This document shows, piece by piece, positions 23,276 to 36,346 of a DNA stretch of 64,000 nucleotides. Position 1 is the stretch's first letter. Every line of letters starts with the position of its first letter. The position numbers and the translations under genes are program-made. A model generated the notes under the pieces. That model made no database searches. It was not told the origin of the DNA and saw only the letters and a program-made list of their open reading frames with translations. The stretch lies in assembly GCA_048128005.1 (NCBI GenBank), contig JBEUKZ010000036.1, positions 372,001 to 436,000 of the forward strand, read 5' to 3'. This DNA comes from Veleropilina oligotropha. Lineage: Eukaryota.

Positions 23276-26200
23276 TGCACAACGCGCACATGGCTATATG
23301 TTTGTCAGTTTTTACTTCCCATATCCACGATGCATATTCCACCTGCGAAAGCCAATTTCTATTAAAAACGCATATCCTGTCATATCCGCTGTAAATTGTT
23401 GATTAAAATTATATTATTTACACGTTATTGACAAAATTTCCTTCATATTTCGCGAATAAAATCGAATAAACACATTGTCGGTCAAGGGAGACAACTTTTA
23501 TTGTCTTCAATGTCAGACTGTTTTCGCCATTATCTGCTAGTTCCGAGACTCAAATAAAATAACATGATTTAGTACGTGAAAAAATATCTGAAATGGCCCA
23601 TCAAGGACATGTCATTCAATGGTAAATAAGTATATACGAGATTAGTTTGTTTAAAATATCGCTAATTCAAATTGTCATGCACGCGCAGGTCATGACCCCT
23701 CATTACCATATCTAAATACAGCTACAGGTTATTAGAATCGTGTTTCGTACAAGTGCGCAACTGGACATGACAACATCCACTGTAAACATCCGTCAGAGTT
23801 GGACGATTTTGAACATACCGATTGAATTGCGGTCTATTTTCGGTATTATCACTCATAAATTCGAAATGTGTACGCTTCGGATATGTTAAGATATGGTTAG
23901 TCGACACAGGTGGGTAGTTATATATGCAATTGTTGACGTTAATGGCATACTACAGCTCGAAATCAACCGGGGTTTTGAACGCGACGGCCATTTTGACGAT
24001 TTTTGTGTAATAACTTTTATGTATAGATAGTAAAGGAGGTCCCGATTTTTTTTCGAATTGCGTGCATGTTTAGCGGCCGGTGACGAGTGCCTGTGATTTT
24101 TCCTAATTGCGAGGGCTGTTATTATGAAGCATTGTTTAATGAGACCCTCAGGGTGTCGCATGGTATCTGGCTTCATAGTCCATGATTTTTACCACTTGCC
24201 AAAGATGGGGCTTCAAGGTATAAGAAAGATTCAGAACTGAAGCAATCAGCATGGTATGTCTGTGATCTGCTTAAGGCTTTGAACATTGACAATTTCTCAC
24301 TGAGGTATACCCACATCAATTAAACAATAAATATTAAATAAGCACAGTAATAATAAATTTATTTTATTTCATATGGATATATATTATTGTATCTCAATAA
24401 TGCTAAATATTCAGATAGTGTTTTTCAAAATATTAACATACTAACTAAAATAATTACCTGATCACAACAGGGATATTTGTACCTTGTGAAACTTTTTGGA
24501 TTATTATTATGATATATTAACATACTAACATACTTTCATAAAAACAGATAAATAAATAACTTTCTGACCAGTACTGAAATTGAAATTACAATTGTGGCTC
24601 TGCACATTCATCTTATATATAACACACATTAATTTACCAGAGTAAGATATACTAGTAACTAACAATGCTGAAAACATGATTATAAATATAATTATTATGA
24701 AAATGACATTCCAAACTAAAGTTTCATAACACTTTTTCACACAAATTATATGATTTAGCAAGATAACACCACTAATATATATATATATGTGTGTTGCAGT
24801 AGTTTATTGATATACTTAGTAATCTTTCAAGCAGGAAAGTTCATTTAAATTCATGAGACTTATACTGGTCAGTCATATGATGGCAAAACACCATACCATT
24901 TTTTTCTAAGGTACACAAATCATAAATGCACAAATTGAATAGCATATAATATTCCTCATTTTCACATTACATGGTGTGATGTATTCCTCCAAAGAACTGC
25001 TTGAACGACAAATGAGTAGCCCGCGAGTGGATTTGCGATGAACTTGAGAAGATTTGCCAATTGGTGTAGTAGCATATTCGATCTGCTCGATCCATTGCAA
25101 ATTATTGCAGAAACCACAGAATATCTAAAATAAATAAATTTGCATATGAATAAAGGACGAGTTAAGTAGTTTGCATTATTTTATTATTAGTTGGCAGCAT
25201 GACATAAATAGAACACATCTAATTTAAATAATTTACATTATATATATATATTGATCGAATAAAATTTGTGGCTTTGATCAGTACCTACAAAATATAATTT
25301 CATAAACATCTAAACAAGTTTCATTTAATACGTAAATATTTTGTTTATATATATTTAATGAAATAAAATATACTTTATTTAATATTTTTTACAATATATG
25401 TTATTTATGATGTATTTAATAAAATTTATTAATTTATTTTATATGTAGGCCTATCTAATAAATTACATTTTATTCAATATACTAGTATTTAACTTGATTA
25501 CCTTTTGTTTATGAATTTACCCCTAATATAAAATTAATTTCAATTTTCTGTATTTGAATAATACTTGAAAGAGGCTCAATTAGGAGCCAATTTCTATAAT
25601 ATTAGTCATATATTATTAACACAATTTATTCATTAACTTCAAAATGTTTGCAATACTGCATGTTGTTTGCTAGTTGGAAGAGATGTCAACAAGAAAATAA
25701 ATGCACATTTATGATTTTAATAGCATACATTAAACAAGAAAATTCAAAATAAGTAGCCTAATTATAATTTTTGTTATGAAGACCTAAACGTTAGACTAGT
25801 AGGCCTATCATTTAATTTTTTTTTATTTTTTACAAATTAAATAAAAGGTCAATTATTATGATCAACAAGACCACAATTTGCACGATTTGTTATTGGAAAA
25901 TAAAAAATACTAGTAATATGCATGTTACATTGTATGGTAATGGTAACCCGTAATATATTACTTGAATTAAAGGCTACCGTCGCTTCTGCACGACCCGTTT
26001 ACGGTTACAAGCTCGCTTCTGCACGACCCATTTACGGTTACAAGCTCGCTTCTGCATGACCAATTTACGGTTACAAGCTCGTACTTACCAAAATGTGTCA
26101 TTCACAAACCATTGCTCTTCGTCAAACTTTCAAAGGTCTGCTCATATTCCACAATGTCACTGATTCATGCATGCAGCAGCCACCTTGTTTGTTTCATCAT

Positions 26201-27731
26201 GCAGTACCACATATAACAGTACAAAAATTAGCGGTACAGTTAAATGAATTCAGACATGAAGCCGCCGCTGTCGTCTCTGTTGACACGACGGCCATTTTCC
26301 TGCTTGGGCCTACGACTGTTGTGTACAACTGACGTCACAGCTGCATATTGTAACGACTTGTAGCAATTTTTGTATTTAAATGAAACATATGGAACACCAT
26401 TAGGCCCCAAATACATAATTATAAGGGCATATATATATATATATATATATATTAATTATATATTATATACGAATTCAACAGAACATCGACAATGGAAACA
26501 AATATGTATTAATGTTTATGTCATACCAACATTTGCTGACTTTGTACACTTTATGAATTAATGACAAGTTTCGAATTTAGTTCGTTTTCGTCTAAAAACG
26601 TCTAAAACGACATTTTTATTAACTAGATGCTCAGTCACGAGTGACCGCATATGTATACCCCCGGTCATGACCTGTCTATAGCGATCACAAAGAATTATGC
26701 TTAAAAATCCAAGATGGAGGCCTCAGCGGCCATCTTGTAGGCCGTACCACACCCAAAATCTATAGCCATTTTGTTCGTTTTTTCGAATTTTTTTATTTTC
26801 CTAATTTAAAATATCTAAGCTCTAGCATCATTATTAACGGAGTTGGCCATTTCCTGACAAACATGACTTTTTCCTTAATTAGGTCATTTCCTGCAATGTA
26901 GGTCAACTGAGGTCAAAGGCCAAGGTCACATGTGAAAGATCAACCATGATTTTCCATAGTAACTATGTGACCACGGTGCATCCTTTTTGATATATTGCCA
27001 TTTGAAACAAATGCTTTAATGGCCGCCAAGGCACTTTTCAATTTTATCTGGCATAATTGGTAAATGTCGACTACACACGTCAATAATAGGAGTTCACTTT
27101 ATCCACTATAGGCGCACATATATATCCATTTTTCCTTAATTAGGTCATTTACAGCAATGTAGGTCATCTGAGGTCAAAGGTCATGGTACCATTTGAAAGC
27201 CCAAACATGATTTCCCATAGTGACCATGTGTTGCATCATTTTAAAGATATATATAGCCATTTAAATCCAAAATGGCGGCCGGTTAAATTTAAAAATAAAA
27301 AATCCATTTCCATGCCATTTTAGACATTTACCTCTGGTACAGTATCTGCATATATAAATCATTTCCCGCTAGGTTAAAAATGTTTTTCTAATGAAATTCA
27401 AGATAGCCGCCAAAATATTGGGGTCACGTGACCCAAAATATATAGGTGTCGTGTCCTCGCCCCAACCAATGCACATACCAAATTTGAAATCATTCTGTTA
27501 AGAAATGGCCTGTCTAGAGCGATTATAGGGAATTATGCTGTAAAATCCAAGATGGAGGCCACAGCGGCCATCTTGGCAGGCGGACCACACCCAAAATCTA
27601 TAGTTGCTGTGTCCTCGTCCCAACCAATGCATATACCAAATTTCATATAATTGTCTAATAAATACATACAAGCCAGAGCCGACCGTTGCTGGTCACTAAT
27701 GTATCAGTTTCAAAGCCATGTATCTCGTCGG

Positions 27732-27803
27732 GTTCCTGTAGCTTAGTGGTCAAAGCACCTGGACGGTATTCAGGGATCGCGGGTTCGAGTCCCGTCGGGG
27801 ATA
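27732..27803 (+). tRNA. tRNA-like sequence (tRNA pseudogene or SINE head, GGT in anticodon position), copy 1
   Basis: A box tagcttagtgg, B box ggttcgagtcc, anticodon arm cctgg-acggtat-tcagg, wobble-rich acceptor stem; position 33 is C rather than U. Confidence 0.5.
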
Positions 27804-28008
27804 TGACATTTTAACTGATACACAAAATTCATATGTTCTTGATATGATATGGAGAATGACCATAAACATCGATGCCAGTGTGTTAATATATGTTGGTTAA
27901 AACAAAACCATGTTATGCCTCTCATAAAATTGTCTAATAAATACAAACAAGCCAGAGCCGACCGTTGCTGGTAACTTGTATCAGTTTCAATGCCATGTAT
28001 CTCGTCGG

Positions 28009-28081
28009 GTTCTCGTAGTTTAGTGGTCAAAGCACCTGGACGGTATTCAGGGGATCGCGGGTTCGAGTCCCGTCGGGGATA
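28009..28081 (+). tRNA. tRNA-like sequence, copy 2 (within a ~277-bp tandem duplication)
   Basis: Same A/B boxes and arms as 27732-27803. Confidence 0.5.
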
Positions 28082-28278
28082 CGACATTTTAATTGATACA
28101 CAAAATTCATATGTTCTTGATATGATATGGAGAATGGCCATAAACATCGATGCCAGTGGGTTAATATATGTTGGTTAAAACAAAACCATGTTATGCCTCT
28201 CATATAATTGTCTAATTAATACGTACATATATACGTACGTACAGACAGAGTGAAAGCAATATGCCCCTCTGGACTATC

Positions 28279-31200
28279 GTCCCGGGGCATAATAAAGAGC
28301 CCAGCCGTCCCGGGGCATAATAAAGAGCCCAGCCGAGACTATCGTCCCGGGGATAATAACGAGCCCAGCCGTCCTAGGGCATAATAAAGAGCCCAGTCGT
28401 CCCGGGGATAATAAAGAGCCCAGTCGTCCCGGGGATAATAGAGCCCAGCCGTCCAGGGATAATAAAGAGCCCAGCCGTCCGGGGATAACAAAGAGCCCAG
28501 CCGTCCTGGGGATAATTAAAAGAGCCCAGCCGTCCCGGGGATAATAAAGAGCCCAGCCGTTCTGGGGCATAATAACCCAGCCGTCCCAGGGATAATAAAG
28601 AGCCCAGCCGTCCCGGGGATAGTAGAGCCCAGCCGTCCCGGGGCATAATAACCCAGCCATCCCGGGGATAATAAAGAGCCCAGCCATCCCGGGGCATAAT
28701 AACCCAGCAGTCCCGGGGATAAGAGCCCAGCCGTCCCGGGGATAATAAAGAGCCCAGCCGTCCTGGGGCATAATAACCCAGCCGTCCCAGGGATAATAAA
28801 GAGCCCAGCCGTCCCGGGGATAGTAGAGCCCAGCCGTCCCGGGGCATAATAACCCAGCCATCCCGGGGATAATAAAGAGCCCAGCCATCCCGGGGCATAA
28901 TAACCCAGCAGTCCCGGGGATAATTATTAGAACCCAGCCGTCACGGGGCATAATAACCCAGCCGTCCCGGGGATAATAAAGAACCCAGCCATAACGGGGC
29001 ATAATAACCCAGCCGTCCCGGAGATAATAAAGAGCCCAGCCATCACGGGGCATAATAACGCAGCCGTCCCGGGGATAATAAAGAACCCAGCCATCACGGG
29101 GCAGAATACCCCAGCCGTCCCGGGGATAATAAAGACCCCAGCCGTCCCGGGGATAATAAAGAACCCAGCCATCACAGGGCATAATAACCCAGCCATCCCG
29201 GGGATAATAAAGAACCCAGCCATCACTGGGCATAATAACCCAGCCATCACTGGGCATAATAACCCAGCCATCCCGGGGATAATAAAGAGCCCAGCCGTCC
29301 CGGGGCATAATAACCCAGCCATCCCAGGGATAATAAAGAGCCCAGCCATCCCGGGGCATAATAACCCCGCCGTCCCGGGGATAATATAGAACCCAGACGT
29401 CACGGGGCATAATAACCCGGCCATCCCGGGGATAATAAAGAACCCAGCCATCACGGGGCATAATAACCCAGCCGTCCCGGGGATAATAAAGAGTCCAGCC
29501 ATCACGGGGCATAATAACCCAGCCATCCCGGGGATAATAAAGAACCCAGCCATCACGGGGCATAATAACCCAGCCGTCCCGGGGATAATAAAGAGCCAAG
29601 CTGCCCCGGGGCATAATAACCCAGCCGTCCCGGGGATAATAAAGAGCCCAGCTGTCCCGGGGCATAATAACCCAGCCGTCCCGGGGATAATAAAGAGCCC
29701 AGCCATCCCGGGGCATAATAACCCAGCCGTCCCGGGGCATAATAACCCAGCCGTCCCGGGAATAGTAAAGAGCCCAGCCGTCCTGGGGCATAATAACCCA
29801 GCCGTCCCGGGGATAATAAAGAGCCCAGCCGTCCCGGGGCATAATAACCCACCCGTCCTGGGGATAATGAGCCCAGCCATCCCGGGGCATAATAACCCAG
29901 CCGTCCTGGGGATAATAAAGAGCCCAGCTGTCCCGGGGCATAATAACCCAGCCGTCCCGGGAATAATAAAGAGCCCAGCCATCACAGGGCATAATAACCC
30001 AGCCGTCCCGGGGATAATAACGAGCCCAGCCATCCCAGGGATAATAAAGAGCCCAGCCGTCCTGGGGATAATAACGAGCCCAGCCGTCCCGGGGATAATA
30101 AAGAGCCCAGCCATCCCGGGGCATAATAACCCAGCCGTCCCGGGGATAATAACGAGCCCAGCCGTCCCGGGGATAATAACGAGCCCAGCCGTCCCGGGGA
30201 TAATAAAGAGCCCAGCCGTCCCGGGGATAATAACGAGCCCAGCCATCCCGGGGATAATAAAGAACCCAGCCATCACGGGGCATAATAACCCAGCCGTCCC
30301 GGGGATAATAAAGAGTCCAGCCATCACGGGGCATAATAACCCAGCCGTCCCGGGGCATAATAACCCAGCTGTCCCAGGGATAATAAAGATCCCAGTCGTC
30401 CCGGGGATAATAAAGAGCCCAGCCGTCCCGGGGCATAATAACCCAGCCGTCCCGGGGATAGTAGAGCCCAGCCGTCCCGGGGCATAACCCAGCCGTCCTG
30501 GGGATAATAAAGAGCCCAGCCGTCCCGGGGCATAATAACCCAGCCGTCCCGGGGATAATAAAGAGCCCAGCAGTCCCGGGGATAATCAAGAGCCCAGCCG
30601 TCCCGGGGCATAATAACCCAGCCGTCCCGGGGATAGTAAAGAGCCCAGTCATCCCGGGGCATACTAACCCAGCCGTCCCGGGGATAATAAAGAGCCCAGC
30701 CGTCCCGGGGCATAATAACCCAGCCGTCCCGGGGATAATATAGAACCCAGCCGTCACGGGGCATAATAACCCAGCCGTCCCTGGGATAATAAAGAACCCA
30801 GCCATCACGGGGCATAATAACCCAGCCATCACGGGGCATAATAACCCAGCCGTCCCGGGGAGAATAAAGAACCCAGCCATCACAGGGCATAATAACCCAG
30901 CCGTCCCGGGGATAATAGAGCCTAGCCGTCCCGGGCATAATAACCCAGCCGTCCCGGGGATAATATAGAACCCAGACATCACGGGGCATAATAACCCAGC
31001 CGTCCCGGGGATAATAAAGAACCCAGCCATTACGGGGCATAATAACCCAGCCGTCCCGGGATAATAAAGAACCCAGCCATCACGGGGCATAATAACCGAG
31101 CCGTCCCGGGGATAATAAAGAGCCCAGCCGTCCCAGGGCATAACCCAGCCGTCCCGGGGATAATAAAGAGCCCAGCCATCACGGGGCATAATAACCCAGC

Positions 31201-32610
31201 CGTCTCGGGGTAATAAAGAACCCAGCCATCACGGGGCATAATAACCCAGCCGTCCCGGGGATAATAAAGAACCCAGCCATCACAGGGCATAATAATCCCG
31301 CCGTCCCGGGGATAATAAAGAGCCTAGCCGTCCCGGGGCATAATAACCCAGCCATCCCGGGGCATAATAACCCAGCCGTCCCGGGGATAATAAAGAGCCC
31401 AGCCATCACGGGGCATAATAACCCAGCCGTCCCGGGGATAATAAAGAGCCCAGCCATCCTGGGGCATAATAACCCAGCCGTCCCGGTGATAATAAAGAGC
31501 CCAGCCGTCCCGGGGCATAATAACCCAGCCGTCCCGGGGATAATAAAGAACCCAGCCATCACGAGGCATAATAACCTAGCCGTCCAGGGGCATAATAACC
31601 CAGCCGTCCCGGGGATAATAACGAGCCCAGCCGTCCCAGGAATAATAAAGAACCCAGCCATCATGGGGCATAATAACCCAGCCGTCCCAGGGATAATAAA
31701 GAGCCCAGCCGTCCCGGGGCATAATAACCCAGCTGTCCCGGGGATAATAAAGAGCCCAGCCATCACGGGGCATAATAACCCAGCCGTCCCGGGGATAATA
31801 AAGAGCCCAGCCGTCCCAGGGCATAATAACCCAGCCGTCCCGGGGATAATAAAGAGGCCAGCCGTCCCGGGGATAATAAAGAACCCAGCCATCACGGGGC
31901 ATAATAACCCAGCTGTCCCGGGGATAATAAAGAGCCCAGCCGTCCCGGGGCATAATAACCCAGCAGTCCCGGGGATAATAAAGAGCCCAGCCGTCCCGGG
32001 GATAATAAAGAGCCCAGCCGTCCCGGGGATAATAAAGAACCCAGCCATCACGGGGCATAATAACCCAGCCGTCCCGGGGATAATAAAGAGCCCAGCCGTC
32101 CCAGGGCATAATAACCCAGCCGTCCCGGGGATAATAAAGAGCCCAGCCGTCCCAGGGCATAATAACCCAGCCGTCCTGGGATAATAAAGAGCCCAGCCGT
32201 CCCGGGGCATAATAACCCAGCACTCCTGGGGATAACAAAGAGCCCAGCCATCACGGGGCATAATAACCCAGCCGTCCCGGGGATAATAAAGAGCCCAGCC
32301 ATCACGGGGCATAATAACCCAGCCGTCCCGGGGATAATAAAGAGCCCAGCCATCACAGGGCATAACCCAGCCGTCCCGGGGTTAATAAACAGCCCAGCCG
32401 TCCCGGGGATAATAACGAGCCCAGCCGTCCCGGGGATAATAAACAGCCCAGCCATCCTGGGGCATAATAACCCAGCCGTGCCGGGGATAATAACGAGCCC
32501 AGCCATCCCGGGGCATAATAACCCAGCCGTCCCGGTGATAATAACAAGCCCAGCCGTCCCGGGGATAATAAAGAGCCCAGCTGTCCCGGGGATAATAACG
32601 AGCCCAGCCG
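28279..32610. repeat. GC-rich minisatellite of mixed 27-bp (gtcccggggataataaagagcccagcc) and 24-bp (gtcccggggcataataacccagcc) units
   Basis: Directly visible; about 4.3 kb. Confidence 0.98.
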
Positions 32611-33313
32611 AGGTTTCAAACTCATTCCTGTTAGGCAGAAACACGAAGCGATCGAGTGAAGAGTTTGTACTCTTATCCACCTGGATGTCAGTTCCTTATG
32701 TATGGGATAAACTCTTCGATAGCGTTAAATAGTTCAGAGAATACACTCCTGTCGAGGGCCGTGAAGCCCGAGACAGGAGTTTATTGTCTGAACTATTCAA
32801 CGCTATCGAGTAGTTTATGTCACTTAAAACATTTCACTATTGAGCATTAGCCACAATCCCTATCAGGTGCCTCTATTGAAGTGAAATGGTTGAATTGGGT
32901 CTTTAATTGGATGGATTAGTTCAATGAGAGTCCTTAATTGCAGTGTATTAGTTGAATGCACTGAAAATAAACCACTGTTGCGCCAAGAAAGGTTTGTTCT
33001 TAGATTGAATAGACAGAATAAACAACTGCTCAGAACAATAGATGACGTCACAGAAATGTTTTCAAGGCAATATTACGATGATTGATATCAAATTTCAAAA
33101 CATATTATACGTCATTTCACTTTACAGTATACATTTAATGCCTTCACTTTATTAACCATGCATATAAACTGCTAATGATAATGGATCAATATTCTTTGAA
33201 GCTAAAATTCAAATATATCAATCAGGTTTCCATTAAAACTACAAATCGACTTCATCCGGGTTTTATTGACCCGTCACCACGCTAGAGTTGCAGATGGATG
33301 GATCGATGCTTAA

Positions 33314-33595
33314 AGGGACAGGGTCTGCTTCTGATCGCTAAATACTATTAAACACCATTTAATCTAACACGTTTTGTATGTATTCATTGTCTAAAGTTGG
33401 GATGGTTTACATATGACCACATTCTGGAAAAAAATTGGACATTTAATAAAAAGTGATTTTTATTAATTGTCCAATTCTTTTTCAGAATGTGGTAATATGT
33501 AAACCATCCCAACTTTAGACAATGAATACATATAGAAAGTGTTACATTAAATGGTGTTTAATAGTATTTAGCGATCTGAAGCAGACCCTGTCCCT
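33314..33595. mobile_element. Fully palindromic MITE with TTAA target duplication, Kolobok-like
   Basis: About 140-bp near-perfect arms, termini AGGGACA...TGTCCCT, TTAA at 33310-33313 and 33596-33599. Confidence 0.85.
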
Positions 33596-33599
33596 TTAA

Positions 33600-33825
33600 T
33601 GTTCTGTATATTTAGAACCCTGAGGTCCAAGGCAGGACATGTCCATATTATCGCGGTATGAAAGCCCGTTCGTCTGGGGAAACCCGCCCTCTCTAGCCAG
33701 TTGCGGACAACTGCGATTGATAACTGAACAAAGAATGTTAATGCCACAGTCGAGATTCGAAACCACTCCTGTTAGTTAGCGCAATCGAGTTAGTGATTTC
33801 AGAGTCGGCACTCGATACTGCACAA
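33600..33825 (-). mobile_element. Diverged SINE copy (related fragments at 20640-20840, 35224-35275, head at 1416-1500)
   Basis: Reverse complement of the SINE core (aaggcaggacatgtcc, aaacccgccctct, cggacaactg). Confidence 0.7.
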
Positions 33826-33948
33826 CAATCGTTGCAAGTAACAATTAGCAAATCCTCGACCTCGCAAGTCAAAAGGGTGTATCCCCTCCCACCGCGGCCA
33901 TCCTGATTCCAAAAATGACACAAAGAAGAAACTTGTTGGCTTACATAC

Positions 33949-34044
33949 CCAAGTGAGGTCTGGTCCCTGTGAATGCAAGAACGGATAGGCTTGCTCATCT
34001 ATTAATCCAACCATGACTAGACCTTTAACGATGTCAGAAAACCC
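33949..34044 (-). CDS. AASS: AASS exon (GFSDIVKGLVMVGLIDEQAYPFLHSQGPDLTW)
   Basis: Follows RYK-G and ends in LTW as in AASS; 96 nt; ttcag and gtatg boundaries. Confidence 0.92.
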
Positions 34045-34949
34045 CTGAAAACAAAAATGTTGAAGAATCCTGATTAAAAAGTCATGAACAGGCAGCATAT
34101 AAATGAAAATCCAAATTTTGTAAATTGTAACCATTTTAAAACAGAGATTGGCAAAAGTTTATTGATCACTTCAAACAATATTCATGGTGATGGCCTCGGC
34201 ATTGTTATTTTGAATTGATTTTAATAAAATAATTGTATTTCATTTTTTCTGAATATTTACATTCACATTCACATTATCGCAAGGAAAAATCTCTGATGCT
34301 CTAGAAAACCTGCATCACTCGCCAGTTATCAACAATAATGACTGCTACTTGATTCAATCCCACTATGTTAATATGTGCAGTCACGCCTGCGACTTGAGAG
34401 CCAAAATCTTATACATTACACTTCTGGCCACCACAAGGAAAAAATACTCGATCAAGAAATATATTGTTTTGTAATATTAAAGCTTCCTGGTTGCACTTTA
34501 AGTGCGGACACAGTGAAAGCGAAACGTGTCAGGAGGCTCTAGTCCCAGGGCACAATGGATTCCTAACTAGTTTCTCCATACATAACATGGGCCTGGAATA
34601 CAGATAATGGAACTCTAGGGTCAGTTACTCCATTGTTCTGAAGACAATGGAATTAACCAGAGTGAGGTGGAATAGACAAGGTGCCAAACTGACTGACAAT
34701 GTAGTTAACAAGGTGCGAAACTCATGATGAAAGACGAGTCCACTTCCCATAGAGCTCCGGGTGATATCTGCTATTTATTATACTTTTAAGGGATTCAGCT
34801 TGCAATTTACAATATATTGCCTTGGTACCGGTAGATGACAGATAATACACTGACACCTCTGCGCAATATCTACATAATTCCCCTCGGATCATGTCAGATA
34901 TCTTTGCGGGTGTCAGTGTATTATCTATTAATTAAATACAGACACTTAC

Positions 34950-35117
34950 CTTGTATCGTATTGTTCCTCGTAATAGAGTGTGCGCTGACTCGATATTATA
35001 GGACTTTAGATATGAAGTCGAGTCGCGATTCGGGAATCCCTCCAAATTGAAACCAGGCAAGAACTTCAGTTCCTCAGTGTTGTCCAGTAACGCTCCCCCT
35101 GCAGGAATCTCGACTAC
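34950..35117 (-). CDS. AASS: AASS exon (VVEIPAGGALLDNTEELKFLPGFNLEGFPNRDSTSYLKSYNIESAHTLLRGTIRYK)
   Basis: Conserved LEG.PNRDS and TLLRGT.RY motifs; in ORF track; AG/GT boundaries. Confidence 0.97.
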
Positions 35118-36081
35118 CTGAAACAAGAAAGGTCATACTATACCAGAAGAATATCTGTATAGCGATATACAGAATCTTGGAACTTGATTGGATCTTGCTT
35201 AATGTCCAATATATTTACAAAGTTCAGGTTCAAGGCAGGATACGTCCATATTATCGCGAGAGGAAAGTCCGGTAACAGAGGAATTCAGTAACAGAAACAT
35301 ATTCATTATTTATCATTTTATTAAACAATTTTATTCGATTAGAACCTCATAGCAACAGGCTAATTCTGACTCATGTATGAAAATTAACTTTAATATTAGG
35401 AATCGTACAACAATGAACGGCGGAAACAAACGAGCGTATCAATTTCCATGCTATAATAGTTCTAGTTCTACAGATACCATTTATTCAACAGTATTGCATG
35501 GAACCTCGATTTCGCGCAAGCTCCACTACTGGTTCACTGCATAAATGACCTCCTTTGATAACACAAAAGTGTCCATTTTAGTGACAAAAGACGATTAGCT
35601 TTATCGCTACTGGCAAGTAACACTACAGTATATTATGTATAGAAATTTAGTAAGTTACAATTATTGAATAAACATAACAAATGCATTTGTAATCTTATTA
35701 ATTACTTTATTTGAAGTACCAATTCACATTTTACACTCACAAGACGACTTACAATCGGAACATCATTGTCATTATATTACGATTTGTACAATGAACTTTC
35801 AACCTACTTAGGTACTAGTCAACCTGCTAATAGTCATACTTCACAAACTGCAGTTGCAATAACAATGAGTAACAATCAGACAATTAACAGCATACATGGG
35901 CGTCAGATAACATTTAAATAATTAGAATTTGCATTGTTGTCAGTCTCGCTAATAATGCATTTCCCGAAATGCGTTTTTCGCTAAAATTACATGTTGACAT
36001 ACTAATTGGTCCATTGTGACCTATTCGCTAAATTTTAATGTCGCGAAAGTATTATGATTTACAGTATAGCCTCAAGCTTAC

Positions 36082-36145
36082 CTTCCCATCTCGAAGATAC
36101 TTGGCGTTTGATAGAGTATTCACAAGAACGCTTAAGGGAGACCAG
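36082..36145 (-). CDS. AASS: AASS exon (WSPLSVLVNTLSNAKYLRDGK)
   Basis: Continues FS-WSP; 64 nt with correct phases; ttcag and gtaag boundaries. Confidence 0.92.
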
Positions 36146-36157
36146 CTGAAAGAAAGC

Positions 36158-36250
36158 GATAATATGGATATGCCACATTACGACCAAGATAATATGGATA
36201 TGCCACATTACGACCAAGATAATATGGATATGCCACATTACGACCAAGAT
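36158..36250. repeat. 30-bp tandem repeat, 3 copies, next to the AASS splice acceptor
   Basis: gataatatggatatgccacattacgaccaa x3. Confidence 0.92.
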
Positions 36251-36346
36251 GATAAATGGGACAATAATTTCAAATCAGAATGTCAAGAAGCTATGAAGCA
36301 AATCCAAAGAACTAGTATCCGCATAACACTACTGGCTAAATGAACT

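Larger units (their letters stand above)
26620..28295 (-). mobile_element. Helentron/DINE-1-like element, possibly composite, interrupted by a tRNA-containing tandem duplication
   Basis: aactag and hairpin ggtcac-type end at 26620, internal repeats, and terminus 28235-28295 nearly identical to 4178-4236. Confidence 0.55.

Noticed and set aside
28274..32680. Long ORFs up to 971 aa (PRDGWALYY / PGTAGLFII repeats)
   Set aside because: A by-product of 27- and 24-bp units (multiples of 3) lacking stops; several frames and both strands are open, frames switch at indels, and the array is intronic.
34495..34535. Hammerhead-like gcgaaacgtgtc
   Set aside because: No CTGANGA core in a suitable position.
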